Origin: Octopus sinensis
Taxonomy: Eukaryota
NCBI RefSeq assembly: GCF_006345805.1
Contig: NC_043000.1
Coordinates: forward strand, 52,266,001 to 52,330,000
Length of the DNA stretch: 64,000 bases
Reading direction: 5' to 3'
Shown: positions 38,372 through 52,631 of the stretch, piece by piece
Layout of the letters: every line of letters begins with the position of its first letter
How positions within the stretch are numbered: the first letter of the stretch is position 1
The notes under the pieces: generated by a model
Databases searched by the model: none
Told to the model about the DNA's origin: nothing
What the model saw: the letters and a program-made list of their open reading frames with translations, nothing else
Translations under genes and position numbers: made by a program

Positions 38372-39420
38372 ATAGTCTTCGGCATGGAATTTGGTACTGA
38401 TAAATGTATAGTATTAGTCATGAGAAGGGGACTGGTAATTAACAGCGAAAGCATCGAATTACCAGATGACCACACATTAAAATCATTGAAAGGAGGAGTC
38501 AGTTATAAGTGTCTTCGACTATCTGACAAAGTACTAACTATAGAAATGAAAACAAAAATTGAGGAGTACATCAGAAGTGTGAAGAAGCTAATGAATCAAT
38601 GCTAAATGGCCTGCATCTAGTGAAGCTATAAATACGTGGGCAGTATCATTACTTAGATACTCAGCAGCTGTTGTTGGTTGGTCAAAAACTGAATTTGCAA
38701 AGCTAGACAGAAGAACTAGGAAGGAATTCAATATGACTGAAGGTCTTCACCCGAGGGCGGGAGTTGCAAGATTATACATACGTAGAAGGTAAGGCGGAAG
38801 AGAGTTAATATCAGTAGCAGACTCCGTGTTTAGCTAGATTATATAAATCTTCCTAGGTAGGTAATAGTGAAGAAAGATTATTAAAAACTGCTAGAGTCAC
38901 AGCAAGACAGAGAAACCAAGAACAAAAACGAAGTTAAAATCAGAAAAAAGGACAGAAATTATCTGACTGGCAGGAGAAGACGTTGCGTGGTAGATTCCCA
39001 AATAGTTACAGCAAATAGTAGTAGCGAGACATGATTATGGTTGCAGAAAGTAAAGCTGAAGAGGGAGAGAGAAAGAGAGAGAGAGAAAGAGAGAGAGAGA
39101 AAGAGTGAGAGAGAGAATTTGTTAGTAGCTGGACAAGATCAAACATTAAGGACTAATTGGATAAAAGTCAAGATAGATAAAAACCAAATAGATTCCCGAT
39201 GTAGGTTGCGCAGATCAAAGGAGGAAAGCGTTACTCATATAATAAGTGAATGTAGTATGCTGGCACATAACATTAACATTTTCTACAACAATACTATGTG
39301 CAAACGGAAATATATGATACCCTAGGCATAACACCAACCTTAACTTCTAATCTGTTATCTCTTGAGGTCTCTGTGTGAGACGTGGAGCCAAGTTGTACAA
39401 ATACAAAGCAAAAGTCAACC

Positions 39421-39424
<4 letters not shown>
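38368..39424 (+). mobile_element. Decayed Dong-like LINE (third subfamily) joined to a 3' UTR segment
   Basis: FGMEFGTDKC, AINTWAVSLLRYSA, LHPRAGVARLY, AGQDQTLRTN..CRL..ESVTHIISEC. The 3' UTR at 39304-39424 is repeated at about 39790-39908. Confidence 0.82.
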
Positions 39425-39513
<89 letters not shown>

Positions 39514-39611
39514 CAGTAGTAGTAGTAGTAGTAGTGGTAGTGGTAGTAGTAGCAGCAGCAGCGGACGTAGTAGTAGTAGTAGAAGTAGTAATAATAATAA
39601 TAATGATGATG

Positions 39612-39665
<54 letters not shown>

Positions 39666-39689
39666 GTCAGTGATCTTGACTTTAAAACA

Positions 39690-39908
39690 TCCTACGGAAA
39701 ATACTATCTATGTTATCTCGAATTTTAAAACAAACTTACAATTTTCTTGTTTTCTTAAACATTCTCTAGAACAATACTTTGTGAGAAATCAAATATATGG
39801 CACCCTAGGCATAACACCAACTTCGACTTCTAGCGTGTTGTCTCTTGAGGTTTCTAGGTAAGACTTGTAGTCAACGTGTACAAATACAAAGCAAAAGTCT
39901 AACATATA
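39690..39908 (+). mobile_element. Extreme 3' end of a Dong-like LINE between (AAT)n tracts
   Basis: ILRKILSM ORF end plus a UTR ending caaatacaaagcaaaagtc, then (AAC/AAT)n. Confidence 0.75.
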
Positions 39909-39932
39909 ACAACAATAACAACAACAGCAATG

Positions 39933-40008
<76 letters not shown>

Positions 40009-40012
40009 TAAC

Positions 40013-40470
40013 AATAACAATAAAGTTTGCTTATTGATCGACATGAGCATCCCCTGTGATCATAATATCTCAGCGAAAGAGTTTGACTAGCTCAGAAAAT
40101 ATAAAGACCTACTCATTAAAATTGAGAAAATGTGGCATCTCAAGGCGGTTACAATACCAGTGATCGTAGGAGCACTAGGAATGATCAAGAAGGGAACCGA
40201 AAATTATATGAGAATGATCCCTGGCTTACCATCCCTGCAAGAAGTGCAAAAGACTGTCTTAACTGGTACATCACACGTATTGAGAAGAGCATTGTCGATG
40301 TGAGAACTATTACTACCCACGTATTTTAATTTAACTTAAAAAAATAAATAAAAAAATGAACGAACTATTGAGTTTAGTTTAATGGCCTACCAATGTATAC
40401 TATGAGTTTCTTTGCCCTATGAGTCGGGAAGACACTCGACAAGAAATGGAAGCAAATTTGAAAGAAAAAA
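40013..40470 (+). mobile_element. Short 5'-truncated copy of the 34649 Dong family
   Basis: About 8 substitutions over about 280 coding nt relative to 35530-35810, with the same 3' UTR; flanked by (AAT)n. Confidence 0.92.
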
Positions 40471-40489
40471 AAATAATAATAATGGTGAT

Positions 40490-40780
40490 TTTTTAAGTAC
40501 TCCGAATTGAAAGTGGAAATGGCAAGACTGTATGAAATGCGAGAGGGTAATGTAAAAGTGATACCAGTGGTGGTCATGGTATTGGGCTCAATATGTTGAA
40601 ACTTCAAAACGTCTTAAGGCAACTGGAAATTCCATGAAAGATTGACGTCTTGTAAGAAGCTGCCTTATTGGGCACAGCGCACATCTTAAGGAAGTATTAT
40701 CTGCCTGAGGTCTTTGTTGTGACTAACGGGAGGGAATACACAAACAAATGCAAAACCTGGAAATGGCGAAGGTGAAACTA
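40490..40780 (+). mobile_element. 3' end of another RLE LINE subfamily
   Basis: KYSELKVEMARLY..VIPVVV..AALLGTAHILRK. Confidence 0.75.
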
Positions 40781-40799
40781 ATGATTATGGTACTCTAAA

Positions 40800-41725
40800 A
40801 ATGAGTATAATCAAAGAATTGAAAGGGACATATCTCAGTATGGATCAACGATTATACCTCCCAAAAATTGAAATTGATAATAAAATGACATCAATAATAA
40901 ATAGTATGAACCTGGCCGTCACAGAACTAATAGTCACAGAAGGAAACGTCGATGACCAGGCTAAATGATATATATGCAGCAGCTTCTGTGGCCACAAAAT
41001 AAGCTGGATGCCCCCTGAAACCCATCCAAACAGGAGCATCACCACCCAAACAAACTCTGTGGATAAATAATATCCAGAAAAATAGAAAATAAGAGAAACG
41101 ATCTTTCAATACTTAATGAAACTAGTAGACAATCAACACTACTAAGCAACAGTAAGGGAAGTTAAATGCTACATAAACACAAAATTGCAGAACAAGGTAT
41201 ATGTGAAGTAAAATAACAGCTAAAGCAAGATATCTCCGCCAAAGTACAAAGAATCCGCCGGTATAAGAAACGCCAAAGTTACTTTGAACAAAACAAACAG
41301 TTCAACTCCAATCCTAAAAGATTCTACCAAAATTTATTAGAAGTCTAGCAGAGCCAGAGACATTGCCTGAATGTCTCACGGAAAAGAAAACTATCCTAAT
41401 ACTCAAATCCATTGAAGTGGTAAACTCACAAAATTATAGACCGATGATTTGTCCTCCTACAATTTACAAAGCCTTTACTGCAATAATATCGTAGACAATG
41501 GGCAAACATCTGGAAGAAATCAACTTGTTTCCAGATGCTGCAAGGGCTCATGCAGCTGTAAAAACCAGCAACTGACCAATAAAGCCATAACTAAAGACAA
41601 CCGCAGAAAGAAGGGTTTAAGTGTGGCCTGGATCGATAACCGAAAGGCTTTTGATAGTATTCCCCATACCTGGATCCTAAAAGCATTAGCCATGCACAAG
41701 GTAGCACCAATAACACTGGTCAATA
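40800..41725 (+). mobile_element. N-terminal/RT part of a Dong-like LINE, decayed
   Basis: LPKIEI, YAAASVAT, VQRIRRY..NKQFNSNPKRFY, NYRPMIC..YKA, AWIDNRKAFDSIPHTWI. Confidence 0.82.
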
Positions 41726-41879
41726 AAATTAACTGTATTATACTCATTATGAACCCAAACCAACTTTTAGACTACTTTTTCCTGCTGATTTCAAAATTGC
41801 ATACCATTTCTATGCAACAAGTATCAGTCTTATCAGTAAATACATGCAAATATTTACATATTTGTATATATGTAATGAG

Positions 41880-42640
41880 TAACATTTCAGAAGATTACTG
41901 ATGCCATCCTTGTATCCCATTGCCTTCATGTTGCCCAAGAAATCCTCACAGATCAAATCGAAAGCATTCCAAGCAGGCAGTTCCAGTTCATACGGAGTTG
42001 TCTTGAAGTTGACATCTATGCGTACTTCTCAGACAGACATACCCTCTTTCAAATTCTCCTGTGTGATTTTGGGAAACTTTTCTACTATATACTCAGACTA
42101 TATACTATATACTCAGACTATATACTATATACTCAGATCTGGCACTCCTCTTCCCTAGTGTCTTTACAAACTGTTTCATCAGTCGAAGCTTTACGTGCAA
42201 AGGTGGCAATAGGATTTTACATGGATCTACAAGAGGTGTATTCTTGACGCTAGACAGTCCTGGCTGCTATGATGTTCTTGCCTGCCAGTTTTATTCCGAA
42301 TAATGTCTGTCCGTTGCCCAACCACCCTATTGACGCAAGAAACAAAAGTATTTTGTGAAACCTGACTGCATTCCCATCAACATTCCAATGACCTTTAAAT
42401 CTCCAGATATTTTCCATGAGTATCTTTCGTAGACAATGGTAAGAAGTAAAAGCTCCATATTCTCGTATGATCCATGAAGATGAACGGTGTGTGCAATAGG
42501 AATGGAAGGCTTCAAATTACCATTATGGAAAAATACAACTTTTAATATTCGTTTTGAACAGAAAATAAACAAATGTCTGTCTGCAGGATCATGATTTTGC
42601 GATAAACATTCGAAAAATCCATTGATATTATTGCCAAACC
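41880..42640 (-). mobile_element. DNA transposase remnant, probably Chapaev(3)-like (family assignment from remembered motifs)
   Basis: LFIFCSKRILKVVFFHNGNLKPSIPIAH, GDLKVIGMLMGMQSGFTKY, LLPPLHVKL.LMKQFVK, KFPKIT..LKEG, FLGN. Confidence 0.72.
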
Positions 42641-42976
42641 AAAGTGGGCCTTAAGTAGAAAAACACGTTTGTAGAACCACATTTCCCTAATGAAAATAAA
42701 TACGAACACCGTGCTCTAGCAGATACTTCTTCAGTCTTGGTGCTATCAGTTCTGCTTTATATTTTGAGAAGGATAGATTTCTGACAAGGTCTTTCAGTTA
42801 ATGACGAAATCGGTTAACGATTAATTTTTTATTTTGTATATTTTCATCTGTCTTACCCGCTTATGTTCTGGTGTTTGCTGAATTTCTCTAGAGAACATTA
42901 TTTTCTTTGTGGTTAGATCATAGGTGATCTTCTTCAAGCATATTGGATGTCCACTTAGTGGTCATCCCTTCTTATA

Positions 42977-43028
<52 letters not shown>

Positions 43029-43599
43029 GACAGACACCCCCCCAGTCATACGCACATGCACATGAAAGATACTAAATACATGATCGACTTTTCAACATTG
43101 CTCGACTTAACAGTAATTACTTTTTTTTAACCTTTTCCTAATTCGAGCACTTGCGAGAGCTATTTTGCATGTACCGTAACTTTGGATTGAATTCCGTGAG
43201 ATTCTTTCCCTGCACAACCAATCAGATGGGCTTATGAAGGCGATGGGCAAATCTTTCTTCATGGGTTTCGTCTTTTGCCACTTTAAGCATTTTTTGTTTT
43301 ATTGCCTTTTTCCCCGTTTTTGTTTTATTTGTAACCTTTCTTTTAGCATTTAGAACTATGCACTCAGTGTAAGGTTTTCGATGGGGTGTGCGAGTCATAC
43401 TTTCATAAGCAAATATTTAAATATACGCTTACCTTATAACATTGATTGTATTAAAGCATTATTAAATAAAAATATTTCTTTTACTTTTTGGCGATATTGT
43501 TAACATCTTTGCACTCGTATTTGTATTTCATGTAAACATTCTTCTAAATGAAGCAAAACATCTCAGCCTAAAAATGAAAATATTTATACTCTAATACTG

Positions 43600-43805
43600 G
43601 CTTTAAATTTTGGGGTACAGCCAGCAATTTAAGGTAAGGAGTAAGTCGGTTACGAGGGCCTTAGTGCTCAAATGGTACATGTTCTACGGGCCACAAAAGG
43701 ATGAAAAGTAAATTCGACCTCATCGTAATTTGAGCTCGGAACGTAAAGTCGGAAGAAATGCTGCCTTTTACTCGGCGCGCTGATGTTCTTGTCAGATCAC
43801 CGCTT
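43600..43805 (-). mobile_element. SINE family A (degenerate)
   Basis: aaaggatgaaaagtaaattcgacctcatcgtaatttgagctcggaacgtaaag. Confidence 0.7.
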
Positions 43806-45629
43806 TAAGTTATATTTTAATAACAATGTTTCATAAAAGAACAAAAGAATACATGCCTGTTATATATTGGCCTTCTAATATGAAACCCAAAGTACTGAGG
43901 GAGCGGGCTAATAATTATTAACCCGCTCTTTTACTCTTTGACACAACAGCGACACTTTTGAGCTCTTGGTGCAGTTTTCCACATTTGTCCATGATATTCT
44001 CTTAGCAAACATATTATGTGTAACTTGAATCAGTTTGAAATATGCAATACTGATTGGAATACAATAATGTATTTACTTATTGCAAATGTCTTTGTCGAAA
44101 TGAGTAGACCAATATTTAATAAGGCATGACACTGGAGGCCGACTGAATACTCGACAATTGGTGATTCCGCAAGTTAACATCCAATAACACATGGGCATTT
44201 GTTATGATTTGAACCTGGACGTAAAAAGGTAGGACATAACTAAATGAATGCCCAAAATATTTATGAAGGCTTAATGGTAAATGTTCGCTGCTTGAGCGTT
44301 CTGTATCGTATTAATCAAGTATTGCACACGTAACAACATTTTACTGCTTATGTATTATATTTATTCATTAAACGAACTACAATAAATCTAATAGAATCGA
44401 GGTTAAATAGAAAACTAGTTTCATCACTAAATACATCCAGAAATAGTCATATATTGTATATATTACATTGCTCATACGAGTTTGCTACTTAGAGAAACCC
44501 ATTAGGAATATATTTTATGACTCTCAATAAATAATAAAGATGTATAATAAATATTTACTGTTTAAATATGTATACAGTCACACGTTAAATGAAACAGCCA
44601 TCCATAATATATTATTGCAGATAAATATATTAGTTTCTATCATAGACACCTTTTTAGAAAGAGACTCGTACTATGAGTTTTGTTTGTAAATACTATTCTA
44701 GTATTACCTATTTGTTTATAATACAGATATGCTGCTTCAAGACGCTTCTAAATCTAAATTCTTTAAAAATTTTGTGTCTTCAATGATGTATTGCGATATC
44801 ATTACATCGAAATAAAATCGGCAAAATTCTAAAACTCACTGGAGAATCGTTTAAAGTATTGAACAGATGATCATAAAGCCTTCATTATTTAGAGAACACA
44901 TTTGAGGAATATCTTCCGCAATCAAAGATGGAGACAGCTTGAAAAATATAATTCAGTTACATTACATAGTGCTGATTTTCACGAACAAAGATATACATTG
45001 CATGTAACAATTTTGTTCCACTATGTTGAAGAAAAGAGCATTTTACTGACCTCGAGTGCTTTTGCTAAACATATCAACCATGTTACATGGTAGTGTAATT
45101 ATGTTATTGAAATCTAATTGGCAAATAAGTTGACCTGAGTAGCATCACCTAAGAGATGGAGAAGACGACCGAGTTATATCTATCTCTTCTACAGAACGAA
45201 GTACCAAATAGGTATATACTGTAATTTATACAAGTTTATAAATGCATATCTGTATATATTATTAGAATTTCAAACATGTATAACGTTACAGATAAACAAT
45301 AAAATAATAAATATAGTGTACAAAAATCTGTTAGACAGAAATGCAGACAGAAAATGAACCACGTATCACGGCATGGCCATGCTAACCACTAAGCTGAGAA
45401 GAAACTTAAAATTTCTCCCTTGAAATTGGAAGATTTCATCTCTACTAGCAATCCAAGAAATGCAGGCTTGTGATTTGATTAGGTAGAGATTATGTACATA
45501 TATACAGTTCACATTTGAGTCAATACTTTTTGAGTTATTATATATCTATCTATCAAAATTAAAAGGCGGCGAGCTGCCAGAATCGTTGGCACACCGAGCG
45601 AAACGCCGAGTGTTTCAGACGTTAACAAG

Positions 45630-45850
45630 ATGGCTGAAAAAATATCGATATTGACGAACGTTCTAGGAGGGCTGCAACCAGTAAAACTGAGGAAAATATT
45701 GCAGATATGCGTACAGGTGTGAGGGGAAATCGTCGAATCATCACCCGTGAGTTATCAGAGGACGTGCAGATGAGTTACTGTTCAGTTAAGTCTATTATCA
45801 CTGACGATTTACGTATATGACGCGTCATTGCCAAATTTGTGTCCAAACCA
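45630..45850 (+). mobile_element. Mariner transposase fragment, preceded by a SINE A head (45564-45615)
   Basis: DIDERS..TSKTEENI..NRRIITRELSED..SIITDDL..RVIAKFVSK. Confidence 0.75.
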
Positions 45851-45864
45851 TCGGCCATCTTTCT

Positions 45865-46260
45865 TTCTTTCTCTCCGTTGTAGATGGGACAAGGAAGACG
45901 TGTTCTTGTTTGTCTCCTGTACTAGCTTGATTTACGCGTTCGCCACCTCAACCTCGTTTACGCTTAGTAGCCATTCCTGTTTGTTTTCTCTGTCCTGTTT
46001 GTGTTACCTATTTTGACCCTCCGAAAAATCTCAAACTTTATTTAATATGCTTTGCGGGAGCAACTGTTTTATGGGAAGCGTATATTGTTGTTAAATGCTC
46101 GAAATACGAGACTAGAATAACAGCCAACAACTGATGAAGGGTCGTTCTTTATGTTTGTTTTGTTTTCTATTTGTGTCTTTCGTTGCTGGAAAGAATAGTT
46201 CATGTTCCATGAACTCGTGCCTCATACTTTTTTGTTGTACACATTTCATGACGTCCTGTG

Positions 46261-46262
<2 letters not shown>
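45865..46262 (+). repeat. Unclassified interspersed repeat of about 400 bp ending at (TA)n
   Basis: Homologous to 31424-31812 (minus). Confidence 0.85.
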
Positions 46263-46305
<43 letters not shown>

Positions 46306-46308
46306 AAG

Positions 46309-46570
46309 AAGAAGAAATGGGGTACTCTGAAATCTGGATGGTTTTATATTTACAGATATTTATTAGTGTGTTACATGTTATTATACATCATATATCATAT
46401 ATCACCGCTTTCGTCCATTCTAGTGGAGTCTTCAAATAGATCACTTTGAAGACTCCACTAGAATGGTCGAAAGCGCTATATATGATATATGATGTATAAT
46501 AACATGTAACACACTAATAAATATCTGTAAATATAAAACCATCCGGATTTCTGAGTACCTAATTTCTTCT
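46309..46570. repeat. Fold-back of about 127 bp per arm with an 8-nt spacer; each arm carries a degenerate hammerhead-like motif
   Basis: The left arm ends gtcttcaaa (46436) and the right arm starts tttgaagac (46445). The arms are near-identical reverse complements. Confidence 0.93.
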
Positions 46571-46891
46571 AATATATAATACCTGTACATCATCTCTAAA
46601 CCTTCTAATATATATATATATATACACATACATACATATATATCTTTCGAAAATCGTTTCCCTTTTTAATTCCAACAACAGATATGGAAGCGATAACTAT
46701 AAATGATTTCAGCTGCACATTGCATTGAAGATATCACTGGCCATGTATTGCAATACATACATACATACATACATACATACATACATACATAAATACATAC
46801 ATACATACACATGCACATACATACATACATACATACACACGCACATACATACACACACATACATACATTATATAAACATGCATACATACGT

Positions 46892-46951
<60 letters not shown>

Positions 46952-47568
46952 AATGAATGCATATTTAATATATTTAGAACGATATAAACAAATCAACTTA
47001 AGTATACCTGAAATTGTAAATGATGCAGGTGTATTACATCTTCTCACTTAAGGAATTATATAGACCAGGGAAATTGCATTTTAGATGACTATATCTCTCT
47101 TCAGTTTATAAGTTCAGGAATAGGATTACTCTGTTTGCTATATTTTCTTCGATAAATATCGTATGTATATCTGATTTATTAAATTTATAAATTCTCCGGA
47201 AAAATATGCAGTAGGAGTTAGCTGCAACCTATTTGAAAATATTCAAATAAAAATGTATTGACACCTTAACAAATCTATCAAGACAGTATATCAGTAGTAT
47301 TGTGTTAACTAATCTACATCAAATATAATCATTTATTGTAAAAGCTTGAAAGAGTTAATGGCATCTGTACATTTTTAACAACTGACATGAAGCAGTCCGC
47401 AATTTAAGATTTGAATCGACTAATTTCTCTTTTCGAATATTGAAAGATGTACAAACTCAAGAAGTCGAGCTCAGTGGAAATTGCGCTTTTGTTGGTTGTC
47501 AGTTACATACACACATGCATACATATCTATAGACATACATAAACACACACACATACACACTCACACAT

Positions 47569-47599
<31 letters not shown>

Positions 47600-48168
47600 G
47601 TTTATCTATTAGCATAGATAATACCAGTAACAAAGGAACGGAGTAAACACTAATAGCAATAGCACTGGGAATGACAGCAATAGAAAAAATAGAAATTAAA
47701 ATAGTAATATTACCAACAGTTACAATAAGAGAAAAACATGTGAAAACGAATACAAGGAACAACCTGTTTGCAAATGATAATGCAAAAAATTTATGAAATT
47801 GTTGAGATAAAAAATTGGCGAATGTGTGTTTGCAGAGAAACATTATGTAGAATGAATGACACACATATATATATGCATATATAGGTACAACTACGCTCAT
47901 TTACAAGAACTGCTGACGGAAACATGGAGTGTGATTTATGAAAAACTGCAAAAGACCTGTACATCACTAGCGAACATTATATGGGATCTCGAACGGAAAA
48001 GATACAATAATATGCAAAATTCTATAATGTACGCGCAAAAGGGGGTAATCTCTACCTGGAAGAAACATATGCAATAACATTATGTAACGACAAAATAACC
48101 GGCTCGGAGATTAGTTTAACGTGTAATCATAGACTTAAAAACGCATCGCTAGAATTTAGAAGCAATAT

Positions 48169-48448
48169 TCTTTTATCTTTATTCTTTTATTCTTTTACCT
48201 GTTTCAGTCACTTGACTGCGGCCGTGTTGGAGTACAACCTTTAGTCGAACAAATCGACCCCTGGACTTATTCTGTGTAAGCCTAGTACTTATTCTGTAGG
48301 TTTCTTTTGCTGATCCCCTGAATTTCGGGGACGTAAACATGCCAAAATCAGTTGTCAAGTGACGGTGGGGGAACAAATACAGACACACATACATACATAC
48401 ATACATACATACATACATACATACATACATTGATACATAGATACATAT

Positions 48449-48501
<53 letters not shown>

Positions 48502-48659
48502 GGAGTGGCTGTGTGGTAAATAGGTTGCTTACCAACCACATGGTTCCGGTTCAGTCCCACAGCGTGGCATCTTGGGCAAGTGTCTACTGCTATAGCCCCG
48601 GCCCGACCTATGCCTTGTGAGTGGATTTGGTAGACGGAAACTGAAAGAAGTCTGTCTTA

Positions 48660-48706
<47 letters not shown>

Positions 48707-49134
48707 ATATGCTTGTGTGTCTGTGTTTGTCCCCCTAGCATTGCTTGACAACCGATGGTGGTGTGTTTACGTCCCCGTCACTTAGCGGTTCTGCAAAAGA
48801 GACCGATAGAACAAGTACTGGGCTTACAAAGAATAAGTCCCGGGGACGATTTACTCGATTAAAGGCGGTGCTCCAGCATGGCCGCAGTCAAATGACTGAA
48901 ACAAGTAAAAGAGTAAAAAGAGAGAGTATATAAATAGGGAGAATTCACAAATATATATATATATATATACGAGGAGCTTCTGTTAGACTTTCCGTCTACC
49001 AAGTCCACTCTCAAGATTTTGGTCTGCGCAAGTCTATAGTAGAAGACATTTGCTCAAGGTGCCATGCAGTAGGATTGGATTCGGAACCATGTGGTTGGGA
49101 AACAATCTTCTTACCACCCAGCCACACCTGCGCC
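48169..49134 (-). mobile_element. SINE family B split by a nested opposite-strand copy
   Basis: The 5' half is at 48970-49134 and the 3' half at 48169-48388, both on the minus strand. Confidence 0.8.
48501..48926 (+). mobile_element. Full-length SINE family B
   Basis: tRNA-like head, internal (TA)(TG) tract, 3' half and aaaagagt tail. Confidence 0.9.
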
Positions 49135-49353
49135 TGTGTAATATTCAAAGTAATATCAACCCTTTATATACTCAAAATTGTATTTATAATTTGAATATTC
49201 CCACCCTGGCAAAACTGTTGTTTACTTGAATTATGTAATATTCATAAGAATTTATCTGTAGCTATGATCAGTTAGTTATATCAACCCGTTGTTTACTCCA
49301 AAATGCTATTATAATGCTTAAATATCATTACTGGCATGTTTAATTTATATAAC

Positions 49354-49412
<59 letters not shown>

Positions 49413-49848
49413 GTATGTATGTGTGTATTTGTGTGTGTGTGTATAGACGGACAGTTACAGATAGAGATATATAAATAAGTACGGGTAGATATGGATATAG
49501 ATAGATATATTGTTATTCACCTAAACTGTATAATCCCAGAGTATCTGATATGTTAGTTACAGTTGTTTAGGGAAATGGGAAGAGACAAGAGAATGGGCTG
49601 GTTTGACCTGATGGAGTGGTTTAAGGTAAATGGAAAAGGATTTGTAGAGTGATACACAATTTTATGATAGCATTTATATAGATATAAGAATGCATATACT
49701 GATATACGTACATAAGTACGAATTAAAAGAATAATGAATTCGTGGAAGTGAAAATAATTAATTTGACTTCACGCTATGAAGCTAGAGGAATCGTCAGTAA
49801 AATTTAGGTATATATGTGTTTGCACATAAGCATGAATGTGTGTATGTA

Positions 49849-51116
49849 CAGGGTCTTGCAGATATATTCAGAGAATTTTTGCGATGCAGAAAAATGCTTA
49901 TAAATACTAAAATAATTGTAGTGGACATATATAATTTTCATGTAATATTTATTACATCAAAAACATTTATCGCTCAATATGGCCACCATTTTCAGCAATT
50001 GCTACCTATATACGAGAACGAAACTTGTTTTGCAGCTGCCGCAACCTCCGCCTTTTTTTCATTTTGCGGCGTGTCGCACACGAGTGTGGTGAAGCATTGG
50101 TCCTTGCGTTAAGTAAGCCCCATAAATAATAATCGAGAAGGTTGAGAACTGGGCTATTACTGAGCCAGAAATTAGCCCTCACAAAAAATGGTGCCTTCCA
50201 ACCAAGGAAAGCCTGTATTGCTTTTGACCCATTGTATGGTACGGAATCCTGGGTAAGCACAACAATGTCAAGCCCAGAATTTCTGCTCCATCCAAAGTTA
50301 CAGAGAGTTCTACAGGATATCCAGATACACCTTTGTGCCGATCTTGAAGCCAGACTCAGTGTAGTGTGGATCCTTGATACTACAAGTACTGACCAAGGCT
50401 CCAAAAACTATCACAGTGTTAGGATTCTTAGACTAAAATTCGGGGTGGGGGTTCCAGAAGGGCTATATGCAATCAATCGAAAATTTCTGCGATTCACCTC
50501 AGCGCCCACTGTGAACTTCTTCGCGTGTACAAAGACCGGAGCTTTTGCTGCACCTTGATGCTTGATGAATGTCAGAAGCTTTGGGCATCTCTCGTCTCTG
50601 ACTGCTTTGGCCATGGCTGTTAGGAGGTGACGGCGTCGTTGAACATAGGTAGTCATTCCAAGGTTCCTGTTCACAGTTCTTGACACCGTAGAAAGCGACA
50701 CATTATATTTTTTGCAAAAATTGTCATGGATGTGGAGGGAGCACGCTTCAATAAAACATTTGAGGCCAGCGAAAATCTTTGGATTGCGCTTAAAACCACT
50801 TCGAGTTTTGTGTTCTTTTCTAACAATCTTGGCCTCTTCTTTAAATTGTTTATACGCACGATAAACTGTTGCGTTTGGAAGTTTCGTCAAATAATCCATT
50901 TCATTAACAGTGTGTCCGGCGCGAGCCAAAACAAAAATAGCGGAATGATTTTGTTGTTCCACGACTTTCTGTTGTCGAATTAGTTCGCTATTTACCCGAA
51001 AAATAAAGGGGAGGATTAGATTTTCAAGCAAGCAGGTTTTTGTTTTCAAAAACTGAAATATTAAACCCAATAAGTCATCTGCTTAAAATTGATCTCAATT
51101 CATCTGCAAGATCATA
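49849..51116 (-). mobile_element. Tc1/mariner DD37D (maT)-like transposon, decayed, 1268 bp
   Basis: TA|CAGGGTCTTGCAGAT ... ATCTGCAAGATCATA|TA. The transposase reads AKKFTV..NRRN, QDSVP and WLSNSPVLNLLDYYLW. Confidence 0.85.
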
Positions 51117-51124
51117 TACGTATG

Positions 51125-51158
<34 letters not shown>

Positions 51159-51391
51159 TGTATGTATGTATGTATGTATGTATGTATGTATGTATGTATG
51201 TATGTATGTGTGTATGTATGTATGTATGTAAGTATGTATATATGTATGTTTGTATGTATGTATATATGCGTGAATGTACGTAGGTGTCCAAAAACTGTTG
51301 TACGTAGATGTACAAATGTATGTATATCGGTAACAATATATGTATGTATGTATGTATGCATGTATGTATGTATGTATGTTATGTATGTATG

Positions 51392-51424
<33 letters not shown>

Positions 51425-52274
51425 GTCTATATATATATCTATCTATCTACCTATCTGTCTAAGTAGCTAGCTTGCTATCTAGATTTATACGTTTCTATGT
51501 ATCACCCAGTGAATGAACATGTGGGACTGTTTAATGGTGCGGGCAAATAAATTCTTCCAGTGTAACAGTATCTGTCATTTACTGATAAAACAACTATGAT
51601 GGGAAACAAGAACATAAATTTAATTTTCGGAGTAGACAGGTAGACAAGTTGATATCCCGCTGGAAAAGTTGTTCGCGCGTCGTTTGAAGAATAAGTCTTA
51701 CAGACAAAAGATCTGAGGAATTGTTCTACATTATATTTTGATAACATTAGTATCTTAGAGAGTTCCACTATCTTTATAAATACTGAGACATTTTATGCTA
51801 CAGAAAAGACTGAATATGAAGTTTTATTAATTTATGTCTTATACTTTTGATAATGTATATCCTGTGATTAATTTCGCTCTTTTTTATAACTTATATTTTT
51901 GATTTATATTTCCATTAATTTATTTGGTATTCTTTACGACTTGTGTCTGTTTAAATCTACTATTTGTGTTTCATCAAGGGAACAATGGAAATAGAATATG
52001 GTTATGAAACAATGGGAAACTCTATAGTAATGAGAGAGTATAGAACTTTAAGAGCAGTGCTCTTAATGACATTCATTTGAATACATGTGAGTACACAGCA
52101 ATTGCGAAATCATATATATCTATTTAAAAATATGTATGATTGTGAAACACTCAGAAAATAACAGCATATGCTAATGCACGGATTCAATTGCTGTAATTAA
52201 AAAGAAATACTGTTCGTTCCCTATAGAAAACGTTACTGGAGCATTGATATGCACGTCATAAATTTATTACACAA

Positions 52275-52347
<73 letters not shown>

Positions 52348-52368
52348 GTATATATATCTATATCTGTA

Positions 52369-52404
<36 letters not shown>

Positions 52405-52461
52405 CTGATATATATATAATATATATATAACATATACTGATTGATAGGTAGATATATATAG

Positions 52462-52538
<77 letters not shown>

Positions 52539-52593
52539 ATCTCTATATCTATATATCTATATATATATACATACATACATATATATATATATA

Positions 52594-52631
<38 letters not shown>

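Noticed and set aside
47499-47900. Hydrophobic ORF with a GPCR TM1-like LIVTVGNITILISI
   Set aside because: It is built from decayed AAT/AGC/AAC low-complexity repeats on the opposite strand. There is no TM2 LxxxD motif, and it is bounded by microsatellites.
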